From contig OZ037841.1 of the NCBI GenBank assembly GCA_964035575.1, positions 682,001-746,000 of the forward strand: a DNA stretch of 64,000 nucleotides, written 5' to 3'. The notes under the pieces were generated by a model. The model worked only from the letters and a program-made list of their open reading frames with translations, was not told where the DNA came from and did not search any database. Position numbers and translations under genes: made by a program. This DNA is from Rhynchopus sp. YZ270_cl-10 (Eukaryota). Positions 55,001 through 64,000 of this stretch are shown piece by piece (position 1 is the stretch's first letter; each line of letters starts with the position of its first letter).

Positions 55001-58000
55001 CCCCTCGCACGTCTGGCGGTGTGCGTTGCACTCGTCCACTGTGCACACCGCCACTCCGGCACGCTGCGTCGCTGTGCTTGGCAGCGCACACACACATTCC
55101 CAGTCGTTCGCCAGAGTTGCGTCGGGGTCCACACAGGTCTGCGCAGTTCCTGCTGCCGCTGTGCACACTGCCCCGTGGATCGTGCACTCGTCAAGCGTGC
55201 ACTGCACGACAGGCGCACCCGTGTGCGTTCCGTGCTGCGGCGGAGGGCACACGCATTCAAAGTCGTGCAGGCTGCCGACGTGGCTGTCGTGGCAGAGCTG
55301 CCCGTGGTCCGCACACACCGCCCCGTTCACAACACCTGCGTACTGCTCGCTGCACTCGTCCACGCTGCACACAGCCAGTGCACCGCGTGCCGCAAAGTCG
55401 GTGAACGGTGCTCCACAGCGGCACTCCCAGTCCCCTGTCGACCGTGCGTCTGTGTTCACGTCCAGGCAGGTCTGTCCTTCCGTGGCGCACAGGTTCCCAC
55501 CCCCTGTGTCTGCGCATGTCGGGCACTGCACCTTGCACTCGTCCAGCACACACGACACCACAGCAGACCCGACACTCACCCCCGCACCCACAGAGCACTC
55601 GCAGTACCAGTCCCCATCAGTGTGGTGGTCAGGGTCCACACAGACCTGTCCCTCCGCAGCACAAGCGTTCCCGGTCCCCTTGTCGGCACACGTCGGGCAC
55701 CGCGCCGCACACTCGTTCAGCATACACGTGCCTGCAGCCGCCTGCACGGCCGTTCCGGTGCTCGGTGGCGGGCAGCGGCACTCCCAGTCCCCCTCCACGA
55801 GCGGGTCTGGGTCCACGCAGTCCTGGCCTGCCGCAGCACACGCAGCCACAGATGGTGAAGTCGTGTCCGCACACTCATCCGTCATGCACACGTCGACTGC
55901 CGCCGCAGTGTGGCTCGCTGTGCTCGGGAGGGCACATTTGCACACCCAGTCAAGCACATGCTTCGGGTCCTTGCTCATGTCCTCACACGTCTGCTGTGCA
56001 GCAGAGCACACTGTCCCCGCACAGGTCCCGCACGTCGCCACACACTCATCCAGCTCGCACACTGCCGCACCCCCGACACCTGGCGTCCCCACCGCAGGAG
56101 CACGGCACTTGCACACCCAGTCCGACAGACGCGACGTGTCAGGGTCCTCGCAGTCCTGGTCGTGCAGCTCACACACAGGCGTCGACCCCGGCGCCGCACG
56201 AGCACAGCTTGCACACGTCGCCACACACTCATCAAGCGTGCACACTGCAAGCGACATGACAGCTCCGGTAGCAGAGTTGTACGGCGCAATGCAGTGGCAC
56301 TCCCAGTCCCCCACAGCTGCAGACGGGTCCACGCAGTGCTGACCTGCTGCCGAACACACAAAGTTGTCCTTGCACTCCTCCGTCGGCTGGCAGTCCGCAG
56401 CACGCGCCACCCCGGGAAGTCCGCGGTCGGGCGCAACGCACTCGCACAGCCACGTCCCATGTGCGTGCTTGTCTGCGTCCGTGCACTGCTGGCCCACGTT
56501 CATGCACACCTCCCCGTGCGTCTTGCACTCGTCCTCCTCACACGTTGCGTTCCCTGCCGTCGCCGACCCCACCGTAGGCGACACACACTCGCACCGCCAG
56601 TCATCCTTCTTCTCCAGGTCCGGGTCGTAGCAGATCTGCCCCAGCGTGCACACAATCCCCTCGCACTCGTCTGTCTCGCAGCGAGCCGCCGCAGCCACCG
56701 CAGTCGTGTGCGACGGTGCTGCACACAGGCAGCGCCAGTTCCCTGTCTGCGAGGCTGCCTTGTTCGGGTCTTCGCACGTCTGGCCCGCCGCCGTGCAGGT
56801 GTGCGAACCCCCTGCTGTCTTCTGCGCGCACGTGGGGCACACCACAACGCACTCGTCCACCTCGCACCGGGCCACAGGCGCCGCCAGGTTCGTCCCCACT
56901 GCAGGCGCCACACACTTGCACATCCAGTCCCCAAGGCTCGCGCTTGTTGCCACAGGGTCCTCGCAAATCTGACCGGCCTCTGTGCACACGTTCGTCGAGT
57001 TCTCAACCGCACACGTCGGGCACACCTCCACACACTCGTCCAGCACGCACGCCGCCGCCCCACCCTGCTGCGACACATGCGGCGCAGGCCCAGTCGTGCA
57101 CTCGCACACCCATGTGTCCGGCTGCCCCTTTGCTGCGTCCACACACTTCTGTCCCACTGTGCTGCACACCGCCCCGTGCGTCACGCACTCGTCCTCCTCG
57201 CACACTGCCACCTGCTGCATACCGGGCTGTCCTGTGCGCGGCAGCACGCACTCGCACCGCCAGTCGTCCAGCGTCTTCATGTCGGGGTCCACACACCGCT
57301 GCTGCACGTCCGTGCACACGTTGTTCTGCGCGTTCGGCACACCTGCAACAGGCGCACGGCGTGGGCGGCCACCATCCTGCGGCACCTGTCCTGAAGGCAT
57401 GCAGAACTGCTCAAGGCCACCTGCGCCCGCACCACCCGACTGCTGGCACTGCGGCTTGTCCTTGTTGTACAAGTCGAGAGCATCCACAACACACCAGTCC
57501 GCACGTGCCTTCGTAGGGTTGCAGCAACCCCCCGTGCACGCACCCTGTCCCTGCCCCATGTCCCAGCCACACTCGCACAGGCATCCATCCTCAGTGTAGC
57601 GCGGCAGGTGCTGGCACTGCACCGCCCCAGACCGCTCCACACACTCGTCCTTCCCGTCCGTGCACGCAGGGACAACAGGTGTCGCCACAGCAGTCTTCGT
57701 GCTTGGCGCAGGGCACTTACACATCCAGTCCCCCAGGTTGGTGTGGCTTGGCGCCGGGTCCTCGCAGATCTGCCCCGCAGCCGTGCACACGTTTCCAGTT
57801 CCCGTGTCCGCACATGTCGGACACTGCACTACGCACTCGTCCAGCACACACACAGCAACAGCGTGGCGCACAGCAGTGCCCGTCCCCGGCGCAGCACAGT
57901 GGCACTCCCAGTTCCCGTGTACCGTCGTGTCAGGGTCAACACAGGTCTGGTGCGCGTCCTCGCACACAGCCGCAATCACCGGGTCTTCACACTCGTTGTC

Positions 58001-61000
58001 CTCACACACAGCCGCAGCAGCAACCGCAGACGTGTTCGACGGCGGCGGGCACACACACTGCCACGTCCCAGCCGTGTGGTGGTCCTTGTCGAGACAGGCC
58101 TGTCCCGCAGACACACACACCTGCTCCTTCGTCCGGCACTCGTCCTCCTCACACACCGCCACCGCAGTCAGCGCCGTCCCCACCTGCGGGTCCACGCAGT
58201 GGCACTCCCAGTCGCTCACCGTCGTCAGCGACCGTTCCACACACGTCTGTCCCGCCTTCTCGCACACGTTCCCAGCGCCACCGGGCTTGTCCGCACACGT
58301 CGGGCACTGCGCCTTGCACTCGTCCAGCTCACACACGGCCACTGCCATTGTCTGCGTGCCTGTGAGCGGCGCCTTGCATACACAACGCCAGTCGCGTACG
58401 CTTGTGTACGACACGTCCATGTCCTCGCATGTCTGCTCTGCCTCCTCGCACACATGCGCACCGTTCGCCGCAGTCCGCGCACAGGTCGGGCACACCGCAA
58501 CACACTCGTCAAGCACACAGTCTGCAGGCATGTTCGGTGCGGTCACACTCCCCGTCTTGAGCACAGCGGGTGGGATACACGTACACTCAACCTTCGCATC
58601 CTTCGTCGCTCCACCCGTCGTGCACGCCTGTCCAACACCGTGGCAGATCGCACCGTGCTCCTCGCAGTCGCCTGGAGGGTCCTTGCACACTGCCGCACCC
58701 ATCGTCCCCGGCGTCCCTGTTGCGGGCGGCACACACTCACACTTCCACGAGTCGGGTGCCGTCTTCGCTGCGTCCACACAGGTCTGTCCCACAGACGTGC
58801 AGGTCCGGCTGTGCAGGGTGCACTCGTCGTAGTCACAGTCCGGAGACGCCTTCATCAGCGCAGACGCTGTGCTTGGGAGAGGACACACGCACGTCCAGGT
58901 GTCCGGTGTCTTCTGGTCTGCGTCCACACACGTCTGCGGCGTGCCCCCAGCAGCCGCACACACCTTCGCGTTCTTCCCCCCGTCCACAGTGCACTCGTCC
59001 ACAAGCGGCTCGGGTGTCGGTGCAGGTGTTGGCCCCGGTGTCGCAGGTGCGTCCGTCGCAGGCGCGTCAGTCGGCGGTGCGCCTGTCGGCGGCGCCAGCG
59101 ACGCCGGTGGGCGTGTTGCGGGCGCAGCGGTCTCAGGGAGCGGTGTTGGCGGCGCCAGTGTCGACGGCGATCCCGTCGCAGGCGCGTCCGTCGGCGGCAG
59201 CATCACGCAGTCCCCGGTACCCCACTTGCACTGCGGGTTTGTTGCACACTTGTCTGCCGTGCAAAGGTCGTAGCACATCGACCCCTCGCACGCACCCTTC
59301 GCAGCGTCCCACACACAGGCGTCGTCATCCTCGCACGCAGACTGCCCAGAGGACGACAGGTCCGCACAGGACGCAGCCACAGCCCCACCAACCAGCACCT
59401 TCCCAAACGTGCTAGTCTTGTCGCAGAGGCGGTCCAGCACATCCAACTTCAGGTTGTCCAGCTCAACGTTCACAAAGTGTGCGTCGCGCGGGTCGCTGAT
59501 CAGCGGCTTCAGCTTCGCCTCTGCGTTCTCGTCTGCAAACGTGTGCTTCTTGAAGCGGCGGATCACCACACCCAACACTGTCACGTCCTCGTCACGCAGC
59601 TTCGCCTGCCCCTCCAGCAGCGACGTCTTGTAGCGCGGCTTCCACTTCGGGTCTGCGTACTTCCCACACCCCTTCGAGCACGCGTCCCCGTCGTAGTCCG
59701 TCAGCCCACCATCCGCAACAATCACCACAATGTGCTTCCTCCACGCAGGGCTCTGCGAGGGCAGGAAGGTGTGGTCCGCCACGTCGTTCATTGCGTCGTG
59801 CAGGTACGTCCACTGCGACTGGTAGTTGTCCTCGTGCCAGTCCAGGTCACCGTTCAGCTCCGCACGGTTCCCAGACAGCAGACCATCGGTGCACTCACCC
59901 ACCTTGCATCCCATCGGGTGGTCCTCGTCCGGGCGTGCGTCCGCCTTCGAGAACTGGATGAAGGTAATGCGCAGGCCCGGTGAGTTCTTTGCAATAGCCG
60001 CACCCACCTTGTGGTCGTCACCCGTCAGCGGCACAGTCTTGAGCCAGTCACGCATCATCTCAATCATCGCGTAGAATCCGTGTGAGTGTGAACCAAAGCG
60101 TCTGCGCATCGAACCAGACCCGTCCAGGATGAAGGCCACGTCCAGCCCATCGCACTCATCCAGGGCCGGCGTCGTGCAGTACGACGCCTGCCCGCTTGCG
60201 TGGTGCCACTTGCAGTCCGCGTCGTTACTGCAGTCGCAGCGCTGTGTGTGCTTGCTGCACGTCTTCGGCAAACACGACGACGACGTCGCATCCCACATGC
60301 ACTTGTCATCAGCGTCGCACGGAGTCTTGTCCGTGTGCTTCTTCGCGCACTCCGTCTTCGCACAGCCGTCCGTCTTCATGTGGCACTTCGGGTTCTTGTC
60401 GCACTTCTTCTCGTCAGGGAGCCCCGCACACTCATCCTCCGTGCACTTCCCGCCTACCCAGTCGCACACATCCTTCTTCTCGCAGTCCTGCTGCGTCCCG
60501 TGCGCACACTTGTCCTCCGTGCAGAAGTCCACCACCACCGCAGGCGGGGCTGTCGGCACCGTCCCCACAGGTGGACGCCACGTGCAGTCCGTCCTGTCCT
60601 CGCACCGCGTCTGTGTGTCCTGCAGACACTTCTTCACCGTGCACGTCTTGTCATTCGCAAACGTGCACACGTCCACCACACAGTAGTCCGGGTCTCCCGC
60701 AGGCGGCGTGCACGGCGTTGGCACTGTCGCAGACGTACCCAGACACGTGTCCTTGTCCTTCACGTCTTGGCACGGATCCGTCACGCAGGCGTCCTTCCCC
60801 CAGATCACGTCCCAGAGACACGTGTCGTCCTTCTCGCACGCTGCCTTGTCCTTGTCTGTACAACCCTTTGCCGGCGCACACACCTTCCCAGCCCACGTGC
60901 ACCCCGCCTTCGTGCACGTGTCCTGGTCGCAGTGGGGGAAGCACACAGAATCCGCACACTGACCCGCAGACGCGTCCCACGCACACCCTGTGTCCAGCTC

Positions 61001-64000
61001 GCAGTCTTGCATGTTCCCGTACTGCAGACACCCCGCAGTGTGCCCCACCGCCTTCCCGAACTTACTCCCAAGGTCGCACAGCTTCAGCAGCACTGACCCT
61101 GCCACGTCGTCCAGCATCACGTTCATAAAGTGGTCGCTTGCAGGTGCCGTCACAACCGGCATCAGCTTCACCTCTGCGTTGTCGTCCTGGAAGGTGTGCT
61201 TCTGGAAGCGGCGGATCACCACACCCAACACCATCACGTCCTCCGAACGCAGTTTCTGCTGCGCAGCATCCAGCTGACCGGGGTACGACGACTTCCACCT
61301 CCTGTCGATGCAGCGTCTGTCCCCACAACGTGTTTCGCAGCACGCATCACCGTCAATGTCTGTGATACCACCGTCTGCAATCAGGATCACAACGTGCTCA
61401 CGCCACGCAGGGCTCTGCGAGGGCAGGAAGGTGTGGTCTGCCACATCCTGCATGGCGTCGTGCAGGTACGTCCACTGCGACTGGTAGTTGTCCTCGTGCC
61501 AGTCAATGTCACCGTTCAGCTCCGCACGGTTCCCAGACAGCAGACCATCGGTGCACTCACCCACCTTGCATCCCATCGGGTGGTCCTCGTCCGGGCGTGC
61601 GTCCGCCTTCGAGAACTGGATGAAGGTCATACGGAATCCCTTGCCCTTCGAGTCGATGTTCGCACCCATCGTGTGGTCGTCACCCGTCAGCGGCACAGTC
61701 TTGACCCAGTCGCGCAGAATCTCCATCAGACCGTAGAATCCGTGGTTGTGGCGTCCGAACGAACGCTGCATCGAACCAGACCCGTCCAGAATGAAGGCCA
61801 CATCCAGGTCGGGACACGTGTCATACGATGTCGCCACACACGACGCCCCGCTCTGCCCGTGGTGCCACTTGCAGTCTGCATCGGCAGTGCAGTCGCAGTG
61901 GTCCGTGTGCTTCTCACAAGTTTTCGGGACACACGCATCCGTGCCTGCCGCTGTCATGCACTTGTCGTCAGCGTCACATTTCGACTTGTCCGTGTACTTT
62001 GCGCACTCAGTCACCTTGCACACCTGCGGGTCCGCGTTCAAATCCCAGTGGCACGACAGGTCCTTGTCGCAGTCCTTCTCGATCTTGTGCTTCGCGCAAA
62101 CAGTGCCCCCGCACGCCTTTCCGTCCCACTTGCACAACGGGTCCTTGTCGCACACCTTCTGCGTTGTGTGCTGACACTCCTTTTCTGCGCAGTAATCCAC
62201 CAACGTAGATGTCGGCGGTGTTGTCGTCCCAGCACCTCCAGGCTGCACCCACTGGCAGTCCGTCTTGGTCTCGCACCGGCCCTTCCCGTCCTCAAGACAC
62301 TTCTTCACCTCACACGTCTTTGCTCCAGCGTTGAACAGGCACACATCCAATTTGCAGAAGTCCGGGTCACCTGCAGGCGCCACACATGAACGCATCGTGA
62401 CACCCACAGAGTCGCATGTGTCCTCGTCTTTCATGTCACGGCACGGGTTGTCCACGCATGTGTCCTTCCCCCACACAACGTCCCACAGACACGTGTCGTC
62501 CTTCTTGCAGTCGTCCACGTCCTTCGCCGTGCAGCCAGGCTTGTACTCACACATCTTCCCGTTCCACGCACACGCGCTCTGTGCGTTGCACTCCTTCTCC
62601 GTGCAGAGTGGGTAGCACACAGACTCCGTGCAGGCCGGGCTCGAAGACCCGTCCCACGCACACGCAGTGTCTGCTGCACACTCGTTCTCCTCCACGTATC
62701 TAGAACAGCCAGGTGCCACACCGCCAAGCGTCTTCCCGAACAGGCTGTCACGGTCGCACAGCTTGTTCAGCACCTGTCCTGCAATCTCGTCCAGCATCAG
62801 GTTCATGAAGTGGTCTGCCTTCGGCTCGCTCACAAGCGGCATCAGCTTCACCTCTGCGTTGTCGTCCTGGAAGGTGTGCTTCTGGAAGCGGCGCATCACA
62901 ATCCCGAACACCTGTACGTCCTCCGAACGCAGCTTCTCCTGCGCAGCATCCAGCTGACCGGGGTACGACGACTTCCATTTCCTGTCGATGCAGCGTCTGT
63001 CCCCACAACGTGTTTCGCAGCACGCATCACCGTCAATGTCTGTGATACCACCGTCTGCAATCAGGATCACAACGTGCTCACGCCACGCAGGGCTCTGCGA
63101 GGGCAGGAAGGTGTGGTCTGCCACATCCTGCATGGCGTCGTGCAGGTACGTCCACTGCGACTGGTAGTTGTCCTCGTGCCAGTCAATGTCACCGTTCAGC
63201 TCCGCACGGTTCCCAGACAGCAGACCATCGGTGCACTCACCCACCTTGCATCCCATCGGGTGGTCCTCGTCCGGGCGTGCGTCCGCCTTCGAGAACTGGA
63301 TGAAGGTCATACGGAATCCCTTGCCCTTCGAGTCGATGTTCGCACCCATCGTGTGGTCGTCACCCGTCAGCGGCACAGTCTTCATCCAGTCACGCAGAAT
63401 CTCCATCAGACCGTAGAATCCGTGGTTGTGGCGTCCGAACGAACGCTGCATCGAACCAGACCCGTCCAGAATGAAGGCCACATCCAGGTCGGGACACGTG
63501 TTGAAGCTTGTGCCCGCACAGTACCCACCCGACTGACTGTGTGACCACAGGCAGTCACTGTCCTTGTCACAGGCACACTTGTCGTCGTGCTTCTCACAAG
63601 TCTTCGGGACACACACGTCCGCCGCGTCCCACATGCACTTGTCGTCAGCATCGCAAGTCCCCTGTTTGGTGTACTTGGTTGCACACTCAGTCATCACGCA
63701 CACCTGCGGATCCGTCGCCACGTTGTAGGTGCACTTCTTGTTCCGGTCGCAGTCCTTCTCGTTCTTGTTCTTTGCACACTCTGTCAGCCCGCACGCCTTT
63801 CCGTCCCACTTGCAGGACGTGTCCTTGTCGCAGTCAGTCTGCTTATCATAGACACACTTCTTCACGTCGCAGAAGCCGACAAGCACGGACGGTGGTCCGC
63901 TCGGGAGACTCCCTGCAGGCGGCACCCACTCGCAGTCTGTCTTTGTCTCGCACCGGCCCTTCCCGTCCTCAAGACACTTCTTCACCTCGCACGTCTTCGA
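46074..64000 (-). CDS. Giant Cys-rich type I membrane protein: >=3 vWA domains, PSI/Cys-rich linkers, Pro/Thr hinge, very many EGF-like repeats, one TM, short acidic tail (>5,860 aa in window; start lies beyond the window)
   Basis: Exons 48025-64000, 47160-47866, 46074-46988. vWA with MIDAS DVAFILDGSGSM three times; repeats DEC..C..GQ.C.DP....DW.C.C..P..G; TM WWWLLLLLLLSCCLAAAFLLC followed by RRR. Frame is open to the window edge. Confidence 0.92.
46989..47159 (-). other. GT-AG intron, 171 nt, phase 0
   Basis: GTATGC...TTGCAG; removal restores repeat consensus GQA|CYDPD. Confidence 0.85.
47867..48024 (-). other. GT-AG intron, 158 nt, phase 1
   Basis: GTATGT...CAACAG; joins the 5380-aa and 590-aa ORFs as PAIC-S-VDECK. 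Confidence 0.9.

Noticed and set aside
47882..63544. Many long plus-strand and alternative-frame ORFs (e.g. 53766-56342, 57608-59983)
   Set aside because: Shadows of the GC-rich repetitive Cys-rich gene; no independent motifs.

Overview
Eukaryotic genomic DNA, most consistent with a euglenozoan, probably a diplonemid-like protist. This is inferred from all host genes lying on one strand, polypyrimidine+AG sites just upstream of ATGs (trans-splicing-like), GT-AG introns and a VIPER/TATE-type retroelement. Minus-strand host genes: two paralogous intronless Pro/Thr-stalk 7-TM surface receptors (6120-9902, 13773-17213), a 3-exon ankyrin gene (18681-21180), a soluble-type (ADCY10-like) adenylyl cyclase (33803-40222), and a giant (>5,800 aa, 5'-truncated by the window) vWA/EGF-like type I membrane protein (46074->64000). 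An apparently intact tyrosine-recombinase retrotransposon (gag-YR-RT/RNaseH, split direct repeats A1...B1-A2-B2) sits on the + strand at 27765-32508. There are several MITE/foldback elements. The most unusual signal is in the AT-rich 'intergenic' DNA. It holds roughly 35-40 (counted by eye) related short hairpin motifs, nearly all in one orientation, that fold better on the transcribed (-) strand via G-U pairs. They are often adjacent to splice-site-like sequences, including back-to-back AG|GT junctions, and lie among probable micro-exons invisible to the ORF track. All calls were made by eye; no searches were run.
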